Source: Flavobacteriales bacterium (lineage in GTDB: Bacteria; Bacteroidota; Bacteroidia; Flavobacteriales_F; PHOS-HE28). From it: a stretch of DNA of 64,000 nt. The position numbers and the translations under genes were made by a program. Position 1 is the stretch's first letter; each line of letters opens with the position of its first letter. The notes under the pieces are model-generated. The model saw only the letters and a list, made by a program, of their open reading frames with translations, was not told the origin of the DNA and searched no databases. The stretch covers positions 448,167-512,166 of the forward strand of contig JADKAN010000004.1 of the NCBI GenBank assembly GCA_016719225.1. Direction: 5' to 3'. Shown here piece after piece: positions 18,749-29,142 of the stretch.

Positions 18749-21598
18749 TCAGTGCGCTTCCAGCCAGTTTTTCCCCACGCGCATGTCAACAACGAGCGGA
18801 ACGGTCAACGGCAAGGCGCCCTCCATCAGTTCTTTTACCAAGGCCATGAGCTCATTTTCCTCTGCTTTATGGCAGTCGAAGACGAGTTCGTCATGTACTT
18901 GCAGCAAAAGCTTGCTTTTCAAGCCTTCCGCCTGCATCCGCGCATGGATCTGGATCATCGCCACTTTGATGATATCGGCAGCGGTGCCCTGCATCGGAGC
19001 GTTGATGGCCACCCGCTCCGCCGCCGCGCGTACCGTGTTGTTCCCGCTGGTGATATCCGGCAGGTAGCGCCGCCGGCCCATCAGCGTTTGTACGTATCCG
19101 TGCTCGCGGCAAAAACCGATCATTTCGTCCATGTAGCCTTTCACTCCGGGGAATTCGGCGAAGTAGCCATCAATGATGCCCTGCGCCTCCCCGCGAGGGA
19201 TCCCGAGATTCTGACTGAGCCCGAAAGCACCTTGGCCGTATGCTATGCCGAAGTTCACCGCCTTGGCCCGGCTGCGCTGATCACGCGTCACCTCTCCGAT
19301 GGCTGTGTTGAACACCTTGGCCGCTGTGGCCGCGTGGATGTCCAGTCCCTGCCGGAACGCTTCCTGCATATTCGGATCGCCGCTCATGTGCGCTATGATG
19401 CGCAGCTCGATCTGGGAATAATCCGCACTTAAAAGGCCGAAATTTTCATCACGTGGTACAAAGGCCTTGCGGATCTCCCGTCCCTTTTCCGTCCGGATAG
19501 GGATATTCTGCAGGTTCGGCTCGTCGCTGCTCAACCGGCCTGTGGCGGCCACCGCTTGGCGATAATTGGTGTGGACGCGCCCGTCCGCGGGGTCCACCGC
19601 AAGGGGGAGCGTGTCCACATACGTTCCTTTTAATTTCCGGAGGCTGCGATAGTCCAGGATCAGTGGGATGGCAGCGTGTTCATGGGCAATGAGGCTAAGG
19701 ATGTCCTCGCTGGTCTGGTACTGGCCTGTCTTGGTTTTTTTAGGCTTTTCGCCGCCCAGCTTCAGGGTTTCAAAAAGGACGTCGCCAAGCTGTTTGGGCG
19801 AGTCGATGTTGAACGGCACGCCGCAGGCCGCAATGATCTTGTCCTGCAATGACAGGATGTCCTCTCCGAGTTCTTTGCTGAAGGAATTCAGCGCATCCAC
19901 ATCCAAGCAGATGCCTTCACGCTCCATGTCCGCGAGCACCCGCACCAGCGGCATCTCCACTTCGTTGAACAGCTTTTCCTGCTCCTGTTCCTTCAACCTC
20001 GGCGCGAGAAGCTCGTGTAATTGCCAAGTGATGTCGGCATCCTCGGCAGCGTATTCCGCAGCAAGTTCCACCGGCACGGCCCGCATATTCTTCTGCGCCT
20101 TTCCCTTTGGTCCGATGAGGTCCGTTATGGGCTTGGGCCGGTAGTGAAGCAGTGTTTCGGCCATGTAATCCATGCCATGGCGCAGGTCCGATTCCAATAG
20201 GAAATGCGCCAACATGGTATCGAACTGAGGACCTTGAACGCTAATGCCATAGCGTTCGAGCACCAGCATGTCGTATTTCAGGTTCTGCGCCACCTTGGTG
20301 ATATTCCGGTCCTCCATCACGGAGCGGAATCGTTCCACCACAACTTGGGCCTCCTCTTTTCCCTCAGGGACCGGTACGTACCAACCCTCGTGTTTTTTCC
20401 AACTGAATGAAAGCCCCACGAGTTCCGCCTTTTGTAACGAAAGGTCGTCGGTCTCGGTGTCGAAACAGAATTTATTCAAGCTGGCCAGCTCTTTGGCCAA
20501 GGCCATTTGCTTTTCCGGCGTGTCAGCAATAAAGTATTCGTGCGGAGTGGTGGAGAGATCCGCCATGGCGGCACTTCCCTCACCTCCTTCACCACTTTCC
20601 CCTCCTTCACTCCCGAACATGCTGATCTGATCTGCATTCACTGCTGCCTTTTTGCGCACTGCGGGAGCTGCTGGTGTGGCCTCCAACTGTGCTTCTTCAC
20701 CCAACACCGCTTTCAGCAGGCTGCGGAATTCCAGCTCGCTGAATACTTCCTTGATCTTTTCCTCGTCCGGCGGGTCCAAATGCAGTGCGCTGTGGTCCAC
20801 ATCCACCGGCGCGTCCACGATGATGGTGGCCAAGGCCTTGCTCTTGCGTCCCTGTTCTGCAAAGGCGAGCACGTTCTCCTTCTGCTTGCCCTTGAGCTGC
20901 TCCGCACCGTCGATAACACCTTCCAAGCTGCCGAACTGCTTCACCAGCTTCATGGCGGTCTTTTCGCCGATGCCCGGAATGCCGGGGATGTTGTCCACCG
21001 CATCGCCCATCAGGCCAAGGATGTCGCGTACCTGGTCGGTGTTATCCAAGTCCCAGCGAGCACAGATCTCTTTTGGACCCAACAGTTCCGGTGGTGCACC
21101 GCTGCGGCCAGGTTTGTACATCAGGATCTTGTCCGTTACCAACTGCCCGAAATCTTTGTCCGGCGTCACCATGTAGGTGGTGTAGCCTTCTTTTTCCGCC
21201 TTCTTCGCCAAGGTGCCGATCACATCGTCCGCCTCGTAACCGTCGCTTTCGATCACCGGGATGTTGAACGCCTCGATTATGCGGCGGATGTAAGGCACGT
21301 TGCTGCGGATGTCGTCCGGCATCTCCTGCCGGTTGGCCTTGTATTCCACATGCGTAAGGTGCCGCTCGGTGGGCGCGGCGGTATCGAAAACCACGGCAAT
21401 GTGCGTGGGCTTTTCGCGCTTGATGAGGTCGAGCAACGTAAGGGTGAAGCCGAAAGCAGCGCTGGTGTTCATGCGCTGGCTGTTCACCCGCGGTGCACGG
21501 ATGAAGCTGAAATATGCACGGTAGATCAATGCATAGGCATCGAGTAGGAAGAGGCGCTTGTCGTGGGAGCCGTTCTGGTTTTCAAGGGATAGGGACAT
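18749..21598 (-). CDS. polA: DNA polymerase I
   Basis: 5'-3' exonuclease N-terminus (KRLFLLDAYALIYRAYF), 3'-5' exonuclease region and polymerase motifs (RRxAKxxNFGxxYG, QVHDELV). The ORF track begins at an upstream TTG (21688); the likely start is MSLSLENQ... at ~21598. Confidence 0.9.
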   Translation of the reverse strand: MSLSLENQNGSHDKRLFLLDAYALIYRAYFSFIRAPRVNSQRMNTSAAFGFTLTLLDLIKREKPTHIAVVFDTAAPTERHLTHVEYKANRQEMPDDIRSNVPYIRRIIEAFNIPVIESDGYEADDVIGTLAKKAEKEGYTTYMVTPDKDFGQLVTDKILMYKPGRSGAPPELLGPKEICARWDLDNTDQVRDILGLMGDAVDNIPGIPGIGEKTAMKLVKQFGSLEGVIDGAEQLKGKQKENVLAFAEQGRKSKALATIIVDAPVDVDHSALHLDPPDEEKIKEVFSELEFRSLLKAVLGEEAQLEATPAAPAVRKKAAVNADQISMFGSEGGESGEGGEGSAAMADLSTTPHEYFIADTPEKQMALAKELASLNKFCFDTETDDLSLQKAELVGLSFSWKKHEGWYVPVPEGKEEAQVVVERFRSVMEDRNITKVAQNLKYDMLVLERYGISVQGPQFDTMLAHFLLESDLRHGMDYMAETLLHYRPKPITDLIGPKGKAQKNMRAVPVELAAEYAAEDADITWQLHELLAPRLKEQEQEKLFNEVEMPLVRVLADMEREGICLDVDALNSFSKELGEDILSLQDKIIAACGVPFNIDSPKQLGDVLFETLKLGGEKPKKTKTGQYQTSEDILSLIAHEHAAIPLILDYRSLRKLKGTYVDTLPLAVDPADGRVHTNYRQAVAATGRLSSDEPNLQNIPIRTEKGREIRKAFVPRDENFGLLSADYSQIELRIIAHMSGDPNMQEAFRQGLDIHAATAAKVFNTAIGEVTRDQRSRAKAVNFGIAYGQGAFGLSQNLGIPRGEAQGIIDGYFAEFPGVKGYMDEMIGFCREHGYVQTLMGRRRYLPDITSGNNTVRAAAERVAINAPMQGTAADIIKVAMIQIHARMQAEGLKSKLLLQVHDELVFDCHKAEENELMALVKELMEGALPLTVPLVVDMRVGKNWLEAH

Positions 21599-21926
21599 GC
21601 AGAGGCAAATGGGTTTGCGGTGGAGGTGGTGAAGGTAGCGGCGGCGCAGATGATGCGAGCTCAAGGTCGGCTCAGCACTCTTTGTCAATGATCTCCGGTT
21701 CCCACGTTCCGGATCTCAACTTTATAAAGCAGACAACACCTTTCAGGCCAGAGCGGCAAAGGCTCAGGATCCTTCTTGAATTCGCAAATGATCACTTTGT
21801 GCGAAGAAAGCCACGTTCACCTCGTTTTGCGTTCACATTCCATGGTCGCAGCGGCTTCCGATCACGCATACACTGAATTCCCTCAGAACCGCTATATTTG
21901 CAGCCGTTTGGAAGCGGCGAAGAGTG

Positions 21927-21955
21927 AGAGAGGGGGCCGCCCCTCTTTTTTGTTC
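21927..21955 (+). promoter_or_regulatory. intrinsic-terminator-like hairpin + T-tract in the rimP leader (possible attenuator), preceded by a TAnnTTTG-type -7 box (TATATTTG, 21893-21900)
   Basis: Stem AGAGGGG / CCCCTCT with loop GCCG, then TTTTTTGTT. It lies 20 nt upstream of the rimP ATG, and no same-strand gene upstream needs terminating. Confidence 0.4.
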
Positions 21956-21972
21956 CCGCTTTTACCGGCCCG

Positions 21973-22443
21973 ATGATGATCACTTCGGAACAACTTCAAC
22001 AAGCATTGCAGCGCCAGCTGGACGGTACGCCGTGTTTCGTGGTGAGCGCTGCGGTACGCCCGGGTGGGAAGGCCGTTGTGGAGGTCGATCATGATGATTC
22101 GCCCATCACGTTGGCGGATCTCACCTCCATCAATAAAGGACTCCAGGAAGAATTCGGCGAAGCCTTGGACGACGTGGAAATGCAGGTGGGCAGTCCCGGA
22201 TTGGGCAAGCCCTTCAAAGTGGAACGCCAATACCGCAAACGACTCGGCAAGAAAATAGACGTTCTCATGGCGGACGGCACCGAACTTCAGGGTGTTCTGG
22301 AGGCTTTTGACAACGACGGAATTTCGCTGCGCATCCTCGAACCTTCCAAGGTGAAAGGACGGCAGCCCAAGCTAAGTGACGAAATAACGGTGGTCTCTTT
22401 CACCGGCATCAAGGCCGTACAGGCCACCATCAACCTCAATTGA
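21973..22443 (+). CDS. rimP: ribosome maturation factor RimP
   Basis: ~155 aa with the VGSPGLGKPF motif, positioned immediately upstream of nusA. Confidence 0.85.
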   Translation: MMITSEQLQQALQRQLDGTPCFVVSAAVRPGGKAVVEVDHDDSPITLADLTSINKGLQEEFGEALDDVEMQVGSPGLGKPFKVERQYRKRLGKKIDVLMADGTELQGVLEAFDNDGISLRILEPSKVKGRQPKLSDEITVVSFTGIKAVQATINLN

Positions 22444-22452
22444 AGCAGTGCA

Positions 22453-23691
22453 ATGAGCACAGTGAACCTCATCGAATCCTTCGGGGAATTCAAGGATCTT
22501 AAAAACATCGACCGGGTTACCATGATGGGTATCCTGGAGGATGTGTTCCGTGGCGTGGTGAAACGAAAATATGGCGAAGAGGCCAAATTCGACATCATCA
22601 TCAACCCTGACAAGGGTGACTTGGAGATCTGGTTGAACCGCGAGATCGTGCCGGATGGCGAAGTAGAGGATGAAGGCCTGCAGATCCCGCTCAGCGAAGC
22701 GTTAAAGATCGAGCCCGATTTCGAAGTGGGCGAGGAAGTGAGCCAGGAAGTAAAGATCCCGGACTTCGGCCGCCGCAATATCCTTTCCTTGAAGCAGAAC
22801 CTCCAGAGCCGCATCATGGAATTGGAGAAGGACCATATCTATACCAAGTACAAGGAACGCGTAGGCGAGATCATCACCGGCGAGGTGTACCAGATCTGGA
22901 AGCGCGAAACGCTGGTGCTGGACGACGAGGGTAATGAGCTGATCATGCCCAAGGACCAGCACATCAAGACCGACTTCTTTAAAAAAGGCGATACCCTCCG
23001 TGCCGTGGTGTGGAAGGTGGAGATGCGTAACAACAGCCCGGTGGTCCTGCTGAGCCGTGCCGCTCCAGAGTTCCTGGAGAAGTTGTTCGAGCAGGAAGTG
23101 CCTGAAGTGGCGGACGGACTTATCACCATCAAGCGCATCGTTCGCGAACCCGGTGAGCGCGCCAAGGTGGCCGTGGAAAGCTATGACGATCGCATCGACC
23201 CGGTGGGCGCGTGCGTGGGCATGAAGGGAAGCCGTATCCACGGCATCGTGCGTGAACTGCGCAATGAGAATATCGACGTGATCAACTGGACGAGTAACGA
23301 TTCGCTGCTGATACAACGCGCGCTCAGCCCTGCTAAAGTGGGCGAGATCAAGCTGGATGAAGTGAACAAGCGCGCCGAAGTATACATGAAGCCGGACCAG
23401 GTGGCGCTTGCTATCGGTAAGGGCGGACACAACATCAAACTCGCGGGCCGACTCTCCGGTTACGAGATCGATGTTTACCGCGACAGTGACGAGGTGACGG
23501 ACGACGTGGACCTCGATGAATTCAAGGACGAGATCGAGCCTTGGATCATCGAAGCCCTGAAGAACATCGGTTGCGATACCGCGCGTTCCGTTGTGGAGAT
23601 CGCACCCGACGAATTGGCCAAGCGCACCGATCTGGAGGAGGAGACCGTGACCGAGGTGTTGCGCGTGCTGAAGTCGGAGTTGGCAAAGTAA
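22453..23691 (+). CDS. nusA: transcription termination/antitermination factor NusA
   Basis: NusA N-terminal domain, an S1 domain and two KH domains (GxxG), in the conserved rimP-nusA-infB context. Confidence 0.9.
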   Translation: MSTVNLIESFGEFKDLKNIDRVTMMGILEDVFRGVVKRKYGEEAKFDIIINPDKGDLEIWLNREIVPDGEVEDEGLQIPLSEALKIEPDFEVGEEVSQEVKIPDFGRRNILSLKQNLQSRIMELEKDHIYTKYKERVGEIITGEVYQIWKRETLVLDDEGNELIMPKDQHIKTDFFKKGDTLRAVVWKVEMRNNSPVVLLSRAAPEFLEKLFEQEVPEVADGLITIKRIVREPGERAKVAVESYDDRIDPVGACVGMKGSRIHGIVRELRNENIDVINWTSNDSLLIQRALSPAKVGEIKLDEVNKRAEVYMKPDQVALAIGKGGHNIKLAGRLSGYEIDVYRDSDEVTDDVDLDEFKDEIEPWIIEALKNIGCDTARSVVEIAPDELAKRTDLEEETVTEVLRVLKSELAK

Positions 23692-23750
23692 GTGTGGAGT
23701 AGCAGTACGGAGTAGAAGTAGCAGTTGGCAGAAGGGCAAAACGAGAACAC

Positions 23751-26504
23751 GTGCGAATGGCAGAAACGGCAGGAAAGACGGTACGATTGAGCAAAGTGAC
23801 CCGGGATTTCAATCTCGGGGTACACACTGTGGTGGAATTCCTCGCCAGCAAGGGACACGCCGTGGAGGAGAACCCCAACGCCAAGATCCCCGGCGACCTG
23901 TACGCATTGCTCGAAAAAGAATTCGGGCAGGATAAGGCCGAAAAACAGGCCAGCAAACAGGTTATCCAGGAACGCCAAGAGCGTGAAGTGGTGGCCTTGG
24001 CAAGTGCACCTGCCGTGGAACCTGTTCCAGTGATCGTTGCGCCACCAGTCGCCGCGGCCGCACCGGCACCGATCCCTGCACCAGTCCCAGCCGCCCCCGA
24101 AGCACCCAAGGCCGCCTTGCCTGCGGAGCCCGAACCTGTGTCCAAGGCTAAACCCACGGAGCCCGTTCCTGAGTCTGATGGCGTCATCCGCGCCAAGACC
24201 CAAACGTTCGCCGGCCCGAAAACAGTGGGTAAGATCGATCTGGACGCGGGCAAGAAGCCTAAAGCGCCAAAGACCGTAGCTCCCGCAACGTCGGCACCGG
24301 CTCCAGCGCCTGTGATCGCATCCGTGCCTGTACCAGCACCCAAAGTAGAAGTGCCGGTCAAGGCTGCACCTGTTGTACCACAGGAGCCCGAGACCATCCG
24401 CGTCAACGTGGAAAGGCTCACCGGCCCCAAGACGATCGGCAAGATCGAACTGCCAAAGGAGCGCGAGCGTAAGCCGAGTGATCGGGACAAAGACCGTGGC
24501 CGCCGTAAGCGCATCGTCAAGCCCGGACCCGTGGATGTGGGCCGTGTGGTGCAGCATGAACAACGCACTCCTCCTGCACGTCCGGGCGAACTGGACGAGA
24601 ATGCGGTAAAGCGCAAGGTCAGCGAAACCTTGGCACGCCTCACCGGCGGTGGCGCAGGCCGCGGCCGGGGGGCCAAGCGCAAAGGCGACAAACGCCAAGA
24701 GCGCTACCAGCGCCGTGAAGAGGAGGATCAGGCCCGCCAGTTGGCCGGCAAGACCTTGCAAGTCACCGAATTCGTTACGGCAAGCGAACTGGCCTCCATG
24801 ATGGACGTGCCGGTCACCGACATCATCAAGGCCTATTTCTCGCTTGGTATGATGGTCTCCATCAACCAGCGTCTGGATGCGGAGACATTGGCCGTGATCG
24901 CTGACGAATATGGCTTTAAGGTTGAGTTCGTGGGCGCGGACGTACAGGACACCACGGTGGAAGAAGCCGATGAGCCTGAGCGTGTTGTTTCCCGTGCTCC
25001 GATCGTTACAGTGATGGGCCACGTGGACCACGGAAAGACCTCCTTATTGGACCATATCCGCAAGGCCAATGTGATCGCAGGTGAGGCTGGTGGTATCACC
25101 CAGCACATCGGTGCTTACAGCGTGACGCTGGACAATGGGAAGCGCATTGCCTTCCTTGATACACCAGGCCACGAGGCGTTCACCGCCATGCGTGCCCGTG
25201 GAGCTCAGGTCACCGACATCGCCATCATCGTGATCGCAGCGGACGACAGTGTGATGCCACAGACCCGCGAGGCCATCAACCACGCACAGGCTGCCGGCGT
25301 ACCAATGGTGTTCGCCTTCAACAAGATCGATAAACCAGGCGCGAACGCGGAGAAGATCCGTGAGCAATTGTCCCAAATGAACATCCTCGTTGAGGAGTGG
25401 GGCGGCAAATTCCAGAGCCAGGAGATCAGCGCCAAGAAGGGTCAGGGTATCGACCAGTTGCTGGACAAAGTGTTACTCGAGGCCGATATGCTCGACCTGA
25501 AGGCTGATCCCGGCAAACGCGCCGCAGGCGTGGTGATCGAGAGCACCTTGGAAATGGGCAAAGGCTATGTGACCACGTTGCTCGTGGAAGGCGGTACGCT
25601 CCACAAGGGCGACATTCTGCTCGTGGGCCAATTCAGCGGTAGGGTCCGGAACATGTTCAACGAACGCGGCCAGCAGATTGCCGAAGCAGGGCCTTCAGTA
25701 CCCGTGTCCATCCTCGGCCTCGATGGTGCGCCGAACGCAGGCGACCGCTTCCAAGTGATGACGGACGACCGCGAAGCACGCCTCATCGCGACGCGCCGCC
25801 ATCAACTCCAGCGCGAGCAAGGCATCCGCACACACAAGCATATTACGTTGGACGAGATCGGCCGACGCCTTGCCATCGGCGACTTCAAAGAGCTTAACGT
25901 GATCGTGAAAGGTGACGTGGACGGTTCCGTGGAGGCACTGACCGATTCACTGCTGAAGCTCAGTACGGAAAGCATCAAGGTGAACGTGATCCACAAAGCC
26001 GTGGGTCCGATCGCCGAAAGCGACGTATTGCTCGCCTCCGCATCGAACGCGATCATCATCGGCTTCCAAGTGCGTCCCACGGTCGGGGCCCGCAAGTTGG
26101 CTGAGAACGAGGAGATCGACATCCGGCTCTACTCCATCATCTACGATGCCATCGAGGAACTCAAGCAGGCCATGGAAGGTATGCTCGCGCCCAAGGAAGT
26201 GGAGAAAGTGGTGGGTACTGCAGAGGTCCGTGAAACATTCCGCATCAGCAAGGTGGGCATGGTGGCCGGTTGCTACGTCCTGGACGGCAAGATCGCCCGC
26301 AACAACAAGGTGCGCTTGATCCGGAACGGGATCGTGGTATACACCGGCGACCTTAGCGATCTCAAACGGTTCAAGGATGATGCGAAGGAGGTGCAGCACG
26401 GCTATGAATGCGGTCTCAGCATCAAGAACTTCAACGACATCAAAGTGGGCGATACGATCGAAGCCTTCGTGATGGAAGAGGTGAAGCGGACACTGGAGGG
26501 ATAA
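23751..26504 (+). CDS. infB: translation initiation factor IF-2
   Basis: Pro/Ala/Lys-rich N-terminal region, GTPase G-domain ([28 protein letters not shown]) and C-terminal beta-barrel domains. Confidence 0.95.
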   Translation: MRMAETAGKTVRLSKVTRDFNLGVHTVVEFLASKGHAVEENPNAKIPGDLYALLEKEFGQDKAEKQASKQVIQERQEREVVALASAPAVEPVPVIVAPPVAAAAPAPIPAPVPAAPEAPKAALPAEPEPVSKAKPTEPVPESDGVIRAKTQTFAGPKTVGKIDLDAGKKPKAPKTVAPATSAPAPAPVIASVPVPAPKVEVPVKAAPVVPQEPETIRVNVERLTGPKTIGKIELPKERERKPSDRDKDRGRRKRIVKPGPVDVGRVVQHEQRTPPARPGELDENAVKRKVSETLARLTGGGAGRGRGAKRKGDKRQERYQRREEEDQARQLAGKTLQVTEFVTASELASMMDVPVTDIIKAYFSLGMMVSINQRLDAETLAVIADEYGFKVEFVGADVQDTTVEEADEPERVVSRAPIVTVMGHVDHGKTSLLDHIRKANVIAGEAGGITQHIGAYSVTLDNGKRIAFLDTPGHEAFTAMRARGAQVTDIAIIVIAADDSVMPQTREAINHAQAAGVPMVFAFNKIDKPGANAEKIREQLSQMNILVEEWGGKFQSQEISAKKGQGIDQLLDKVLLEADMLDLKADPGKRAAGVVIESTLEMGKGYVTTLLVEGGTLHKGDILLVGQFSGRVRNMFNERGQQIAEAGPSVPVSILGLDGAPNAGDRFQVMTDDREARLIATRRHQLQREQGIRTHKHITLDEIGRRLAIGDFKELNVIVKGDVDGSVEALTDSLLKLSTESIKVNVIHKAVGPIAESDVLLASASNAIIIGFQVRPTVGARKLAENEEIDIRLYSIIYDAIEELKQAMEGMLAPKEVEKVVGTAEVRETFRISKVGMVAGCYVLDGKIARNNKVRLIRNGIVVYTGDLSDLKRFKDDAKEVQHGYECGLSIKNFNDIKVGDTIEAFVMEEVKRTLEG

Positions 26505-26790
26505 GGTGTTCCGACATTCATCGTGCGTCGTCCCGGGCAATTGTCGGAGAGTACTCGGCTTGATCCTGCTGAATTATTCCGACGGTCCTCGATCTGGATC
26601 CGTCCAGGCTTTCAGCACGGCGTCTTTCGCAATGGTGCTCAGCCTTTGGCCCGTCACTCGTTGGTAAACTTCGCCAGTTTAAAAGGCTGAACCTCCACGT
26701 TGTTCAGCACTGGAACAGGACATCGTTCAACTTGCCCTCCGTAGCCATGCCGGGTTCGACGTAAGTGTGTGGACTTACCCGATGACCGAA

Positions 26791-27276
26791 CTATCGCTCT
26801 GTTTTCAGCCGCGGTGGCTCGATCTGTTCCGGCACCACGTAGGAACCCGGGTATTCACTCTTCAGGTCCTCCAACAAGCTCTCGGCTGCCACGCGGTCCC
26901 GTTGATCGCCCACGCGGACGCGGAAGTTCGGTGCGAGGTAACTCAGGTAGGCCGGAACGTCCGGATGGTTCCCCATGAAGCTGCGGCGCAGCGTTTCCGC
27001 CGTGTTGCGATCGCCATTGAAGATCTGCACGCGAAAGCCTTCCAATTGTCGGGTATGCGCGGCATAATTGGTCATTTGCGTCTTGATCCTATCACTCTCG
27101 ACCACGGTGATCTTGCCCGGTATTACGGCTTCCTGTGAGGTAGTGTCGGGCTGCCAAGCTTTGGACTGCACGTGCATAGGGATGGTCGGTTCCGCGGGTT
27201 TGTACAAGCGCGGATCGTCCTGCGCAAGGGCTGCCAAAGTCAGAAGGCAGGGGAGAAGGGGAAGCAAGAAACGCAT
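26791..27276 (-). CDS. SPOR domain-containing (peptidoglycan-binding) protein
   Basis: Signal peptide MRFLLPLLPCLLTLAALAQ and a C-terminal SPOR-like beta-alpha-beta-beta fold sequence (GFRVQIFNGDRNTAETL...FRVRVGDQRDRVAAESLLEDLKS). The ORF track start at 27372 is an over-extension. Confidence 0.6.
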   Translation of the reverse strand: MRFLLPLLPCLLTLAALAQDDPRLYKPAEPTIPMHVQSKAWQPDTTSQEAVIPGKITVVESDRIKTQMTNYAAHTRQLEGFRVQIFNGDRNTAETLRRSFMGNHPDVPAYLSYLAPNFRVRVGDQRDRVAAESLLEDLKSEYPGSYVVPEQIEPPRLKTER

Positions 27277-27806
27277 CGGCGGCAAATGTATTGGCAAGTG
27301 GCGTGCCGGGTTGCAGGTCTGATGATGAGCTTGTGAGCGGATCATTACATCGGATCCTGGTAAAGGGGACACCCGATGGTAGTATCACTTGTAGGAACTC
27401 CGTTCGGGGCGCCACGGTGCGGGGATCTGGAGGAGATGATGAACATTGCGGTGTATCACTGGAGTGACTTCCGTCAGCAAGGGGGCACTTCGGCCTGTCA
27501 AAACTTGACCATCTGCTGAATTCTACACCATGCGTCGTGCTTTTGAGAGGCCTTTTGTCCAGTTCAGTTGTAAAGTGATCTTTTCAGAGGTGGTTCCAAA
27601 ATCTTTTAATAAAGGGAAAATGACATCGCCGTGACGTTCGTTTTCCCAGTGCCAGCAAGCCCTTCAACTGCCCTCACGTTAATTGGAACCATTCTAAATA
27701 GGGCACTTTGCCCCGTTCCTTGGGCTTGTGCGCTTCCGTCCTAATTGTCCACGTCTATTTTTGCGCGGCGAAGATCAACCGGGGAATGCCCCCAAAATCG
27801 TCCGGA

Positions 27807-29123
27807 ATGTCCCTTGTATCCATGGTTTCCAAGCGCTCGACAGGGTTGCTCCATCTGCTGTTAGCCTTCGGTCTGCTCCTTTCTGCCAACGGCGTTCGGG
27901 CACAGGTCGATCAGGCGCAGTACGACACCGGTGAAAAGGTATTCAAAGCGAATTGTGCCAGTTGCCACAAGCCGGATCAGGCCATGACAGGCCCGATGTT
28001 GAAGGGTGCCAAGGCGAGCTGGGATGGTAAAGGGGATATACATGCTTGGGTCAAGAACAGCCAGGCGTACATAAAGTCCGGGAACGCGCACGCAAAGGAG
28101 ATCTTCGAGAGTCACAACAAGATCATCATGCCGCCGCAAGCTGTGAGCGATGCGGATATTGACGCGATCCTTTACTATGCGGACAACTTCGCCCCGAAAG
28201 GTGCCGCCAAGGCAGTCGCCGCCGCTCCTACAGAAGCTCAGCCTACAAGCTCCAGCTGGCAATGGTTGATCATCGTTGGCCTACTGCTCTTATTGGTCCT
28301 GCTCTCCTTGGGCGGGGTGCGCACCCAACTGGTGAATGCCGTTCGTGAAAAGGACGGCTTGGCGCCGGAAGTGAACCTGACCACTTGGGGCCGTATCCGC
28401 CGGTGGGCATATAACAACAAGGGATGGGCTAGCGTCGTCGTGCTGCTGATGGTCGTATGGGTCTCCGTGCTCACTTGGAACTTCCTGTTCCGCATCGGGG
28501 TGTATGGTGGTGATACGGTAGCGCACTACAAACCCAGCCAACCCATTGCTTTCGACCATACCCTGCATGCTGGCAAGGATAATCTCAATATCAACTGTCA
28601 ATATTGCCATAGCAGTGCCAGCAATAGCAAAAGTGCAGGCATCCCAAGTGCCAACGTGTGCATGAATTGCCACAAGGTGGTGGCGCAAGGACCGAAGACC
28701 GGCAAAGAGGAGATCGCCAAAATCTACGCCGCTACAGGCTGGGACCCGGAAAAAATGGCATACACGGGCGTTGAAAAGCCGATCATTTGGAACAAGGTGC
28801 ACAACCTTCCCGACCACGTTTTCTTCAGCCACGCGCAGCACGTTGCTGTTGGTAAGATCGAGTGCCAGAAGTGCCACGGACCCGTGGATACCAAGATGGA
28901 CGTGGTAGAGCAATGGAGCCCCTTGACCATGAGCTGGTGCCTTCAGTGCCACAATGAGACCGAGGTGAAGGTGGCAGGAAGTGACAACGGCTACTACAAG
29001 GAGATCCACCGCAGGCTGGCCCAAACACCGATGGGACAGCGTGAATTGCGGAAATACTTAGAGGACGAAAAGATCACTGTGCGGGAGCTTGGGGGCTGGG
29101 AATGCGCCAAGTGCCACTACTAA
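27807..29123 (+). CDS. actA: alternative complex III subunit ActA (membrane-anchored pentaheme cytochrome c) fused to an N-terminal monoheme class-I cytochrome c domain
   Basis: CASCH in the N-terminal domain, then TM helices, then CQYCH, CMNCH, CQKCH, CLQCH and CAKCH. A candidate -7 box TATTTTTG lies at 27756-27763. Start 27807 (or 27822); the ORF track start at 27708 is too long. Confidence 0.8.
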   Translation: MSLVSMVSKRSTGLLHLLLAFGLLLSANGVRAQVDQAQYDTGEKVFKANCASCHKPDQAMTGPMLKGAKASWDGKGDIHAWVKNSQAYIKSGNAHAKEIFESHNKIIMPPQAVSDADIDAILYYADNFAPKGAAKAVAAAPTEAQPTSSSWQWLIIVGLLLLLVLLSLGGVRTQLVNAVREKDGLAPEVNLTTWGRIRRWAYNNKGWASVVVLLMVVWVSVLTWNFLFRIGVYGGDTVAHYKPSQPIAFDHTLHAGKDNLNINCQYCHSSASNSKSAGIPSANVCMNCHKVVAQGPKTGKEEIAKIYAATGWDPEKMAYTGVEKPIIWNKVHNLPDHVFFSHAQHVAVGKIECQKCHGPVDTKMDVVEQWSPLTMSWCLQCHNETEVKVAGSDNGYYKEIHRRLAQTPMGQRELRKYLEDEKITVRELGGWECAKCHY

Positions 29124-29142
29124 GACCGATCGAAGCAGAGAG

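Noticed and set aside
23475-25031. Long minus-strand ORFs (518 aa and 381 aa) opposite infB
   Set aside because: They are antisense to a highly conserved, confidently identified gene, and their low-complexity Arg/Ala/Gly-rich translations are typical GC-rich frame artefacts. The same applies to 22702..23739 (opposite nusA), 58198..60156 (opposite sprA), 31273..32823 (opposite actB/actC), 38135..39271 (opposite ctaD) and 12714..13475 / 11454..12254 (opposite ydeP).
26505-26790. Possible structured RNA or terminator after infB
   Set aside because: Only weak, short inverted repeats (6-bp stems) were found, with no convincing intrinsic terminator or known motif.
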